Of a stretch of DNA of 64,000 bases, positions 29,770 to 42,076 are shown piece by piece. Source of the stretch: Daphnia carinata (taxonomy: Eukaryota); NCBI RefSeq assembly GCF_022539665.2, contig NC_081333.1:6634001-6698000 (forward strand), written 5' to 3'. The notes beneath the pieces are model-generated. The model did no database searches, was not told where the DNA came from, and worked only from the letters and a program-made list of their open reading frames with translations. A program made the translations under genes and the position numbers. Each line of letters starts with the position of its first letter. Position 1 is the stretch's first letter.

Positions 29770-32700
29770 CCCTGCCTGAATTTTTTTTTCGCCTTCTCTT
29801 GTCATTGTACCGTCGCGATGTCTTGATAAAATAAGAAAAAAAAAAAAAAAAAAAACGACACGAAAGAAAAACCCCGACCAATTATGGGATCTTTCAAGAT
29901 CTTCTCCTAGAGATTCTTAGTTTTTTTTTTCCCCTTCTATCTCTCTCTACTATTCTTTCTATTTACAAACACACACGTATCCTCTTTGGAATGGACATAC
30001 AGCCTTTATATATGTGTCACTCTCTCTCAGACACTGCTCGTGGTCGGAATAAAAACAGCCGTAAATATCCCGGGTTTAAAGGTGCGCTAGACGAGGGCGT
30101 TCATATGTCCAGCTTTTTTCTATTTTTTTTTCTTTAGCCGTTTCGGGCGGGCGTATTATTATTATTATTATTATTTTTTTCTTTCCGTCGCGGTTTTTGC
30201 CACCACCGATGCCGCTGCCGCCATCTTTCACGCAGAACTCACCTGTAAAAAGAAACAAAGAGCCCCCTTTTCAACCTATCGATAAGCTGAATGTATTTTC
30301 GACAATAGCGGCCTACCGCACCTACACCTACATCTACATCCTCATTTCTCCTTTATATAAAATCACGCCCTTGTCGGTGTTGCTTGGCCCCGCCACCCTC
30401 CACCCGCACAGTCACGAGCGCAGGCGAAATACAAGATGAAAACGGGAAAAGAATGAGAGAAAAAAACAAAAAAACACAACATATATATAAATGAAATCAG
30501 GTATTTGTAGAAAATCTTTAAAAGATAAGTGGAGAAAAACAGAAAACACACAGAGACTTATGTACATTGAAAAAAGGAAAACAAGAAAAGAAAAAAAAAA
30601 AAATAATTCCAGAAAAACAAAAGCGCATTGTGGAAAGAAGACACTTGTTTGGCGAACAAAAAAGAAAAACATCACGTGATATTCTCTCCATGATTTCTCT
30701 ACCCCAACAGCTTAGGCGAGCCACTATCGATGTATACTCGTACATTACATTTTTGATAAGCAGTGCGTGCGCATGAGCACTGCGTTCTATAAAGTGGGCC
30801 CCCAATTGCGATTTTGATGATTTAGAAGAGAAATTGAACGTTTCTCATTCTCGCGCTCACCGAAGGTTCACCAGAGTGCGCTTCGATCTTCGCCAGTTCG
30901 TCCCGTGTTTAGCCTGCCCAACCCTCCTCTGTTCGGTGGTTCATTGTGTTTGAACCTGAGGTACAACAAGCGCTGGCGGGAACCTGGAAGGCACCAGTCG
31001 AGTCCCGTTTGTGAACGGAGACGGGTCTATGTTTTCTATGTCCTTTCCCTCTTTCTTTTGTATCTTCATCAACCCGTGGAGTTTGCGTGTGTCGTATATA
31101 TCCCGTCCTCGTGTACGTTGCACGCGTTTGTCGCAAAAGTTCTAGTGTCTAACATTCGTGTGCGTCGTGTGATATTTTTTTTTTTTTTTGAAAATCTCGT
31201 AGCGGTCCGTTTTCCGTTGTGGTTTTTGCAACGCATTCGGAAAGAATGCCGTCCATTATTCGGATGGGATTTCGTTTTTAGCTTTGACCAAATGTGGGTG
31301 CCATCTGCCTGACGCAATGCCTTTGTCTCTCCGGTTGCCCAGCTGACCGCTATTGGCAACCAAACATTCGTGACGCGACTCGAGAGAAAGAGGCAAGAGG
31401 ACAAATAAAAAAAAAAAAAAAAAAAAAAATCAAAGGCAAACGGCTGGAGAGAGTGACTAACCCCGGCGGCCTCTATGTCACACGCTTTGCTGCTATCGGT
31501 TCAATCTATTAAACATCAACAACAAAACCAGCAACATCATTTCTACTACAAACAAACAACGACATAAAAGTTTCCCGTTTCTTCTATCGAGAAAAAAAAA
31601 AAAAATGTCGGCAGCCGGCCAGTAGGCTATAAAATAAATTTAGTAAAAAGAAAAAAAAAAAAAAAAAGGGGGGAACTAAAAACCCGTAAAGTCTCACAGC
31701 TAAGGAGGACGCATAAAACGGACACGATCATCTCGGGATTTGTTACTCGCAAGACGTTGCATTTCTGTTCTGTTTTTTGTGCCGTGCAATCGTCGTCAAA
31801 TTCCGTTTGTGACCTCACAATAACGTTGGCATCTTTTGTCGATCAACGCCGAGTTACAGCTGCGAACAATTGGCTGTCGGCATTCAAAAAAAAAAAAAAA
31901 AAAAAGAAAAAAAGAAGTGAAGTCTTGCGATTACTCCGCCATTCTACATCATACACTCGATAAGGATATTTACGTAGAAGTCCGTTGCATCAAGAGTTTT
32001 TTGGGGGAGGCCTTTCATCATGCGCGCTGTAACGGTCTTGAAGGGGTCGCCTAGTCCTCTCCCCCCAGCTCTCCCTTCTCCACTCTTTGTGTGTTAGTGA
32101 CCCACTACCAAGCGCATCTGCTTATACGAAAAAAAAAAGAAGAATGAAAGAATAAAAAAAAAAAAAAAAAAAAAAAAAATAAAAGAATCGGCTGTACAGT
32201 TGCTGCCGTTTTTGCGCGTTCTCCATTTAGCGGAAATCTAGGTGCGGAATTATTCGTTCAAGTGCTAGTTGTGGGTCTATCGTGTGCTTGTGAACATTTT
32301 GAAAAAAAAAAAAATAAATAAAAAAAAATAAGAATAAAGAAGACAAAAAGTACGTGGGCGTACGTTTATTTCTTTATTTTCTTTGCGCAAACTCGCCACT
32401 TGCGCCGTCACCAATCCGCACCCCCAAAAGTCCCGCGCCAATGGGAATTCGGGAAAACTGCGGTGGAAATGCCCGTCGTCATGGCCACCACCGTCAGACG
32501 GATCAAACACGAAATGAAAATTCGACGCTCCCTGTCAATGACTCCCAGTAAGTAACGAGATGTGAACTGAGCCCCAACCGGCCATTTAGATTTCATTAAA
32601 TAGACAACGAGAAAGAAAAAAAAAAAAAAGAAATTTAGAAAAGAAAAAGAAACTTAAATTCTGCGTGTTATCCTCGCATCACGCTGAAAATAAAAGAACA

Positions 32701-34500
32701 TGGCAGAACAGGAAGATGCCTGTAACCGGTTGATTGCGCACGCACATCTGAAACAGGTCGGAGGCTTAGTGTGCCGTTGCGTGTTCGTTGACACTTTGGC
32801 TCGGCCATATTGACGAGTTTGTTACTATTGATATGTATATACCTTACGTTTACCTTACCTAACCGAAACCCGGACTCTCTTGAGAACTGACACTCAGCAA
32901 TACAGAAGCCCATCTCTTTCTGACATCCTCCTCCTCCTCCTCCTCCTCCTATTCCTCTGAACTCCATGGGAGAAGGATAATTAGGGTCAGTGAGTTGGGA
33001 GAGCTAAACGATTCGGTTGACTGACGTCAAAAGAAATGATTTTCAGGAAAATGATAATAACAATATTTTCACTTTTATTAGTGTTAACTGGTTAAATAAA
33101 TTCCCCCCCCCCCCTTTTGTTTGTTCTTGGCCGTGCGTTTGTATTGCGTTGCGTCACTTCGTTCTTTCTTCTTCTTCTTTTTTTTTTTTTTTCCTTTTTT
33201 AAATTTTATTTATCCTGTGACTATATTGAACATATTTTGATTGTTGTAGAAGCGGATAGCCAGTCGGGACCGTACAAAGCCGTTCCAGCGCCGAAGCCGC
33301 TAGCCAATCCGCCTCCGTATCGTCAACCGCCGCCGCCAGCCAATTCATCATCGCCCGTGCTGGCCGCCGCACGGCCTCATTTGCATCACAACGATCCGTC
33401 CGTTGTTGCTTCTGCCGCTGCCACAGCCGCCGCCAGCACCGCAAGTTCGTCCGAGTCGAATCCAAAGAGCGCCAGTCACGGTCTCTTGGCGCACTCCTCT
33501 AAGTTTCCGGTACGTTTAGTCTCTTGTGCTAACAGCAAAACTCACCAGCGATAGATCGATTATCGACTCCATCATATCTAAGACGATTCGTGATATTGAA
33601 TGAACAAACAGACAAGGACAAAAAAAAAAAAAAAAAAAAAAAAAAAAGATTTGTTTGGAATAAAAAGGAGGTTTTCTTTCCTGTGCTGTGCATGCGTAGA
33701 CTTTCTAACCTCTCTATCTACTTGAATATCACCTGGCTCCCTGCTTCAAATATTCTTCTAGATGCTCAATCTTCCCTTTCTTCAATCTTGATGGCCAATT
33801 TGAAACGTTCATAGCGATAGCGACCTATTTCGTATGCAGCAGTGCGTTATACTGTATGCATAGCGCCGCGTATAATATATACGGCGTATATCTATATTTT
33901 AAACAACCTACGTGTCCTTTTTCCCCACATTATACAAACATACTGAGCAATCACCTTAGCAGCATCAACAAAAACGAGGAAAGACACAGGGCTTATATAT
34001 TCATTATGCTTGTATTTATCTTCCTCTTTTTACGTTATCGTGGGCTTGTTTTTATGTGCGTGCGTGCGTACGCGTGTGTGTGTGTGTTGAACGCGAGTAA
34101 TTCCATCATCTTCCTCCTTGCCTTTCCTCCCCCTACCGCCGTCCCCCCCCCCCCCTCTTTCAACGAATTCGGTCTGGCTCGTAATTGCGCGTTTCCACAG
34201 CGAAGCAAGACTTCAGAAAAGTGACGTTTTTTGTTCGTTCTTACATATTACGACGTGTTCTCCATCCTTTTCTGACATTTGGAACGTCTATCCACGCGAT
34301 TGCCAAGAGATAGCGCCCTCTCTGTTGATCAATCTCGTCCGTCTGCGGTACGCGCTAGAATAATAAAAAACAAAAAAAGAAAAGCCACAAAAGAGGCAAA
34401 TGTTCAATTTCAAATGAAAATGTTAAAGCTTGGGAACAAGCCTCAGGTGTAATTCCCACATGGAAACAGTCCAAACAGTATATTGTTTTTGGTTTAGTTT

Positions 34501-34531
<31 letters not shown>

Positions 34532-35084
34532 GTGGTTGCTGGATTCAGCGTGGAACTAAACAACAAAACCGAAGCAAAACAGAGCACACACACATCAAAA
34601 AGGAAAGAAAAAAAAAGTACGGTAGAACTCGGAATAAGGTAAAAGTCGTACAAGACTTTGCTTTAAGAGAGCGTGTCATCGTCATGTTTTATGATAATGC
34701 TAGCAAAAGAGAAGGGAAACAGACAGGCGGCACGCGGTAACGAATCACAAATGTTTTGACACTTGATTGTCCCCACGGTTCGAATATTTTTCATTTTTTA
34801 TTTTTGTTTTTCCGTTGTTTTTTTTTTTTTTTTTTTTTCCTTCTCTTGTTTTGTTTACCTTCCGTGACCGGTGCCGCCGCCTTTTTCAGTTTGTGCATGG
34901 CATTCCGCGTGCCCTCTCACCGTAATCAAAGGAGAATGAATAGACATTGCCAAGCCGGCCAACGAAACAAAAACGAATTGCGAGACAGCCGACTCGACAT
35001 ACAACTCAACGAGAACAACAATACAGATGGGCTGTGCCTCAAGACAGGCCAAACAAGTCAGCAGGAAGTCGAATGTTGCGAGAG

Positions 35085-35116
<32 letters not shown>

Positions 35117-37155
35117 CGGACAAAAAAAAAAAAAAAAAAAAAAAAAAGAGATAGAAAGAAAAAAGAGGAATCCTTGATAATTTATAGATTTTTTAAATAT
35201 AGTATATACGCATATACTAAAGATACGTACGTTATTCATCTATTTTTTCATTCATTTAATGTGGTTCGTTGCTCGCAACGAGAACACGAGATTTATCCGT
35301 ACACATATATTACTTTCCGAGTATCCCGGGCTGTCCGTCTCCAGATTACATGACGCGCTATTTTGTTTTCCATGACGCCAACAGCATGGAGCCCGTGAGC
35401 CAGCTGGATAGCTGATGAATGAAAGCCGCTCTATCCATCAACAGAAAAAAAAAAAAAGAGAAAAGAAAAAAAGAAAAGAAACCTTATCGAATCACTTTTC
35501 GAGAAATATATATCTTGATTGCGCCCGTTGTTGCAGCCACGCGCGCACTTGGCATCTTCTACGTCTTAAGTTAGGATGCGGGCCCTCAATCGACGCTTTA
35601 CTTTCCAGGAAATAGACGATTGCCGGGGTGCGGAGTAAGTGGTCCATCGTTCTAGATAACTCGAGATCAAGGCGAAGATGTCGGTGTTCTCTTCCATCGG
35701 TCACGCTTTTGTTTACGCTCTGCAAATGTATTCCACAAAACGTGATGGACTGATCTGATGCTACAACAACAACAGAAATAGAATAGACAAACAAAAAAAA
35801 AAAAAGAAAAAAAAAGAAAAGAAATTATGCTTAGGGAATATGTAGCTACGTGCAGTACATCCGATTTTTTTTTTTTTTTTCGGTAGGGACGTGGCAATGA
35901 ACGTGTGAGGGCCAGCGAAGCGCAAAAAAAGGTGTGCCAGCCTCCTGGCGGATCTAGGTTTCATTATCCGCCGTGATTCCTTGCAACTTTTTTTTTTTGT
36001 TTTCTTGTTACGAGTTTACGTGTGGGTCATTTGGTATATCATTCGATTACTCTTAAAATAGAGCCGTGTGAGCTACCTCAAATGTGTGTAACTGGAACGA
36101 GCCTACAGCGAAACGAGTAACTATTCTTAATTCCCAGGGTCTTGGATGCGACATTGCCATCTTCTAAAGGCACATCATTTCAAAGCGACCGCCTTAAACT
36201 GTTGATGGCAGGTTTCACTGCTAGAAGAAAAAAAAAAAAAAGACGCACAATAGACCATGGTCATTTTACGGTCCACAATGCGTTGACTGCACATCGTGAC
36301 CCGTCCCTTCGCAGTGCATGTCTATTATATGAATAATCCGTAACCGCCGCCGGATGGGTGACGCAACCTCCGGCTAAAATGAAAACAGGACTTCACTCTA
36401 CGAAAGGAGGATGCGCCAATATCATGTTAGAACGCAAACAAAACTTTAAAGAAAGAAAAGAAGAGGAAAAACTAGGGGAAAGACGTTAGCCTTGGTGATA
36501 ACTTACATGAAGTTTTGTTTTGTTTTGTCTCGCTGTAAAAGGGAACCGCTTTTTGTTTTACGTACGAATACGTGAGTCTGCGTTGGCGTGTTGAGCCATT
36601 TTGTTTTCTTGGTCGCCTTGCCTGTTGCCCTTCTAACTGCGACATTTTGCAAAGTGAAACAGCAAGAAATACCAGTCACCATATGGTATGCGCTTTGTTG
36701 GTGTAAAATCTTACTTTTGGAAAGACCGGTCACCATTATAGGAATTTAAGACATTAACCAGTCATTATCTCTCGTATAGATCTCGCATTTCCAAAACTCT
36801 TACTTTTATTGAATTTTCCTGTTTTTTTTTTTTGTTTTTTTTGTTTTTTTTGTTGTTTCTATCACAAAAGACTCTATAAAAGTCAAATACCATGTTGGAA
36901 AGATAAAAATAATACCAGTGCTTTTTACACGTCTGGTTGATTTATTTTTTTTCTTTTGCTTTTTTTTTTGTGCAGATTGAACGCGAACTGGTAGTCACTA
37001 CTGGAGATAAGATTGCCGAGGTAGGACGCATTGAACGCATCGGACTCGAGTCTAAAACGTCGTCTGAGAACAAAAGTCCAGATACAGAATCCTCCAACAT
37101 GCAAACTATTGTGACGCAATCAGCCTGGAACGAGGAAAGACGCACGGTCAGTTGT

Positions 37156-37186
<31 letters not shown>

Positions 37187-40100
37187 GTTACTTAGCTTTA
37201 ATTTTCGTAGTTAGATTTTTCAGTATTGCATTTCATTATGGCTATCAGTAGCCCGGCGATTAATATATTTTAAAAAGTGAGCCGGTTTTGACTGACTGTT
37301 TGAAATGATTTCATGACTACAGGTCACGCAGGGACGGCACGGTGAAGTTATAGCTGGAGCACCCCACCACGCCGGCCATCATTACCCGGATGGGTTCGAT
37401 CATGTCTCTGGCTCCGAGGAATTGCATCGACCCGCTTCCTATATGGTATGCGTCATTTTTCACGGTCATTCTAACTCGTGTTCTGTTTCAACCTGCGTTG
37501 CATGCATTAGCGCTAAAGGAATTGAAGGAAACCTTTGGCTAATTTGGACAGTCGATGGCGCTGTTAACGATTTAATTCATAAGTATTAGTTGAAAGCAGG
37601 TAGCTACGTGTGGAAACACAGCCATTAAAAGCTAGCCATTGACTGTTAAAAGAAAGAGTTGTCGGTTATTTAAACCCAAATCCTAAACACCACCCCTTTC
37701 TCTATGCTGGTCATTCATTATAGCCGATGCATATCCATTATACGGGATGGCGCCAGGAGAACAACTATGTTCCCATGAATTTTGACGGTCGCGTCCAACA
37801 GCAGCAACAGCAACAGCAGCCGCAACAACAGCAGCACATGCACCAGCACCAGCCGCAGCAACCGTTCGGTCTGACCGGCAATAATGGCAGCGTCAGCTTG
37901 GGTGATCATTCTCTCAGCTTTGACTCGCAGCACACGGGGCCAGCAAGCCTACGCGACCCTTTCGCTCCCACCTCTCATTCCAATTCCTCCCACATGACTC
38001 AGTACGAAATTCAAGTGGACAGTGAGCGAGCTGATAGGCCCAGGTAAATAGCAGTCGCATTATACTCTTTGTAAACAAAATTCAGCCAGTTTTGCCAACT
38101 TGCATTCATCAATCATTTTCTCTCTTACGTTTGGATTTGCTTGCAACAGCAATGTCACAGTAGCGCCATGGAATAATCAAGGCAGCGATACGTCGACATT
38201 CGACCGCCTTCGTGACACCTGCAACAAAATGTTCTTAAGGGATGGTCCCCTTCGTGGATCCTCTCAATTTGCTCTATCGCCTACGTTGCCTCGGGTAAAG
38301 TCCCACCATTCATTTCCGTTTCTCATCTCATCAAGCATTTCTCTTGCTTTCTTTTTATTTCTCGTTCATCTTATACATATTTTCTTTCCTGTGAAAGAAA
38401 AAAAAAAAATCTAAATCCTCAAGCTAATCAACCTGAATATTCACCTCCTGTAGGCAATGGAACGACTGACCATCGATCAGAGAAACGGTGTGGAGCCTAG
38501 CACCATGGCCAACCCTAATAACGAGTCGTCGATCGCTCACTCACACGTCCCATCGGACAAGACACAGAAAGAAGAAGTGGACACTACAGCCGGCAACAAT
38601 AAGAACGGATCCATGCGCAAGAAACTAACCGGCAAAACCTATCACCATATCAAAGACATGTTCACCACCAAGTTCAACAAATCGTCAAAGAGTAAACTGA
38701 ACGGAACAGAGAATAATGCGGGTGCGGGACAGGATAATGCAAACAGCTCGGCTGCCAATACGGCCGCCGCCGTGGCGGCCGCTGCAGCCGCGGCCGAAGC
38801 CATTGTTACCGAACACGGAATGGGGACGCAGCAGAACGGCACTTCTGGTCACCTTGGTAGGCAGCCTGACCCAGTCCACTCAATCAATCAGCGCATCAAA
38901 AGTCAACTGGTTGGCCAAAGTAACAGCAATCACACCGTCAACAATAACAACGCACAACAAGTGTGGGGAAGTTACGGCCGCCAATCGGCCAGAATGGAAG
39001 CATCCATCAATGAAAGCGATGCCAGCGCATTGGCTAAACTAACGCTGAGTCCCACTCCTAATGGTACCGAATCTCTCGCGCCGACTCAAAGTCCTTACAG
39101 CTTACGACATAAGCCATCCGTCACGTTCCGCATGGATTTGAATAACGAGTGTCAGTACAGTGGTGGAGACAATTCATCTTCTTCGGCGGCTGCTTCGGCT
39201 GTTGCCGGCACGACTGAACCGGCGTCTCGGTACCAATCGAGGAGTGGTCAGGGCCAGGTGGTTCTTTACGACGACACAATGCATTTCCCGCAGCATCAAC
39301 AGCCTACGAAAGAAGGACCGTCGAAAAATTCGTACGCTGACCATGACTCCTCACTATCCAGCATTGCATCAGCCGGCCAAGGCATGAAGAATCGCTCAGT
39401 GTTCGGCTACAGCGACTATGACGTTCCACAGAAATCCGTTTCGCTCAGTTCCCCCATGATGAATGAAGGCGGTTCATCGAGTGGCCATCAGTCGGCCGGT
39501 AGCTCTTCAGACTTGGACAAGCGAAGTGGGCAATCGGTGAGCACCACAGATTCGGGCCTGGGTGTTTTAACCGATCCTTCGGGTCAGCGCAGCCGCGTCA
39601 GCTGCCAACAAAATTACCAGCTGGATACGAGCACGGAAGCAGAGATGTTCGGTGGACGGACAGGCCAGCTGAATCATTCTTCATCAGACTGGGCTGACGC
39701 AGCCGATCGCGAAGTGAACAACGTAATGGAGATGAGAAGCTACCAGTCAAAGAACTCACAGCAAGGGCTCCAATCGGCTACACCACCTCTACCTCCCCTG
39801 TCGCCCGATGCTTCTCCAAAGCCGACACCCAAATTGCAGCAAAAGTTCAATAACAGTAAGCCCGATTTACTCGAACCCACCAATGGCCACAGTCCGATGG
39901 TGCAGCGCGTCAAACCTACAACACCGGCAAAACCTACGGCCAATTCTCACCGTGTAAGCGCAGGCATCGAAAGCCAAACAAAGCTGGGACATCATGCAAA
40001 ACGACGTGGTGATGAAAGCAAGAGTTCCTTGGCATCGAAATCGTTTTCCTCCGCTAAACTTAGGAGTTCCAAATCCACTGGTTAGTTTTCTTTTTCAGCT

Positions 40101-41446
40101 GTTGCAGTTCGTCTTGGTTTGTAGTATAATGTCTACTAATTTGAATGAAGGCGCATTACATCCTCTAACGGCTCTACAAGAAGCTCTCGATCTCGGAGAC
40201 ATCACGTCCACCACAACAGGCCTCGACTTAGACGCCGATTCTGACTCGAGCTCGTCGCACAGCGACGATGATCTGAGTACAACGATGGACATGAACGATT
40301 CCAGGACGATCCGTCGTCAGTTGGAAGGACTGGAATCCATGTATTCAGAGGTGGGCGCTTTGACATTTCAATTTCCTTTGGTGCATATCTCGTGGAAAGT
40401 GCACACATTCGGAAACAAAATTTTATCTTTTCCAATTTCATTGACAATTTTGATAATGGTCTTGTTTAGGTTTTGAAAGCCTTGCACAAAAAATCGTCTC
40501 GATCAGGACCGTCAGACTACAAGCTGTCCAAGCGAAGAATGTATGGTAGCGTTTCTTCCTTGCCCAGCTCCGTCTGCAGCCGACCCGTTTATCGAGATCG
40601 CCGGAGGAACGAAGAGCGCCGCCGTCCAAAAGAGTCCAAGGTACCGAGCCTCTCCGTCACAAATGATAAAGTCATTCTTCAATATATTAACATTGCTTTA
40701 CATTTATTTTGAACGCCATCAGTCTTCAAACAAAAGGTTTCAACGTTTGGAATCACACGTAGTGACACTGGCTCGAAGTGTGGCCCATCTCTCGTCAGAA
40801 ATGCGAACCCAACACATAATGATCCAGGTGAGCCTCACATTTCACGAATATCTGAGTCTGCGTGTGTTACATAACAAGAACTACGAATTGAATCATTTGG
40901 TTATTGTCGCTTATTTAGGAAATGGAGACCATTCGAAGTGAAATTGCCCAACTGCGAGCTCATCCCCTAAGGATGGGTTCTGGAAATCCGTACAATACTG
41001 GCGCTAGTTTTAAATTGCCCAGAGGTTATCGTGTAGATCGCGACACTTGCTGGCAAGGTGCCGTCCCTGCCCTGACTGATCCTTCACGGGTTAAGAAGCT
41101 AACCAGCTTCTTTGGCGACGAGCCACCACTCTTGAGGATATTCCTCAAGAAACTTGGCTACGAGGTAATCCTTAAAATTACTTTTCAAAATCAAATTTGC
41201 TTGCAATACTTATCAGGTGTAGTAATCTCACTCGAATTATTTGATGATTATTGCTATTAATTTTTATATTTTTAGAAATATGCGCCACTCTTTGACCAAG
41301 AGAAAATTGGAATGATTGAGTTGCCCTACCTGACTGAGGAACGATTGCACAAAATGGGCATTCCTATGGGTCCCCGAATTCGTATTTTGCAGGAAGCCCA
41401 ACTCTCAATCCGCACAGACAGCATGAATGATTACGGAATGGTTTAA
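21333..41446 (+). CDS. Large low-complexity scaffold protein with PPxY, polyQ, coiled coil and C-terminal SAM domain
   Basis: Phase-compatible exons: 33250-33509, 36976-37146, 37323-37445, 37724-38043, 38150-38294, 38454-40080, 40181-40350, 40470-40640, 40723-40827, 40919-41164, 41276-41446. The last two give LRIFLKKLGYEKYAPLFDQEKIGMIELPYLTEERLHKMGIPMGPRIRIL (SAM domain). The 5' exons (21333-21341 MIQ; 22843 or 22957 to 22993) are inferred from splice phase and are less certain. Confidence 0.8.
25951..25973. repeat. (AC)n microsatellite
   Basis: Directly visible AC run. Confidence 0.9.
29729..29763. repeat. (TC)n microsatellite
   Basis: Directly visible TC run. Confidence 0.95.
32469..32547 (+). 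CDS. Candidate alternative first coding exon of the SAM-domain gene (MPVVMATTVRRIKHEMKIRRSLSMTP)
   Basis: ATG at 32469, open to a GTAAGT donor at 32548; phase 1 matches the 33250 exon. Confidence 0.55.
34498..34532. repeat. Poly-T followed by a ~22 nt poly-G tract
   Basis: Directly visible homopolymers in an intron. Confidence 0.9.
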
Positions 41447-42076
41447 TATGCAGATAGATATCAACTCCTTTATTTTTCACTATTATTTTGGATTTCGTGA
41501 CGAAAAAAAACACACACACACACAATAAAAAAAAATTAAACAAAAAAAAAATAAATAAAAACAAACAAACAAAACAAATATACCATGTAATCTTCCGCTC
41601 TTGAATTGCGATTCTCCGTTGACTTTCTCCATTGGTCGTATTGGTCTCTATAAAAATCTCTAACTGCGTTTTTTTATACACTTCTCACATGCTTCTCAAA
41701 TATCGAATACATTTTATATTAAAGTTGCCACTGAACTGGTTCTTGCTGTATATTCGTCCAATTTACTTTATACATGGAACTGTTTTACTTTTCTGTTGCG
41801 TTTAACTTGATCCGAATTAAACGTACAGCAAGTCGCAAACGTCGAAAGATTATGCTACAGAAAGAATCGAAATTTATTCAGTGTATTGCCCTTTGCAAGC
41901 ACAAGCCTATTTTCAAAAAACATTTTTTCTAACTAGAAAGAAGTCTGGCAAAAGTTATGCAAATCAAAATAAAGAGGTTCAGACAAGAAGAATGAAGCTT
42001 TGCGGTTAAATCTCACTACTGATGAAATGATACTGATGTCCCTGGAGTAACCAAATGTTAATTGAACCATTTTTAC

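Noticed and set aside
8500..37000. Numerous 60-180 aa ORFs rich in poly-K or poly-F
   Set aside because: Products of A/T homopolymer tracts, with no domain motifs. Only splice-supported exons were kept.
37323..37445. Apparent frame conflict or dual-coding exon in the SAM gene
   Set aside because: Recounting gives 123 nt, phase 0/0, in frame with both neighbours.
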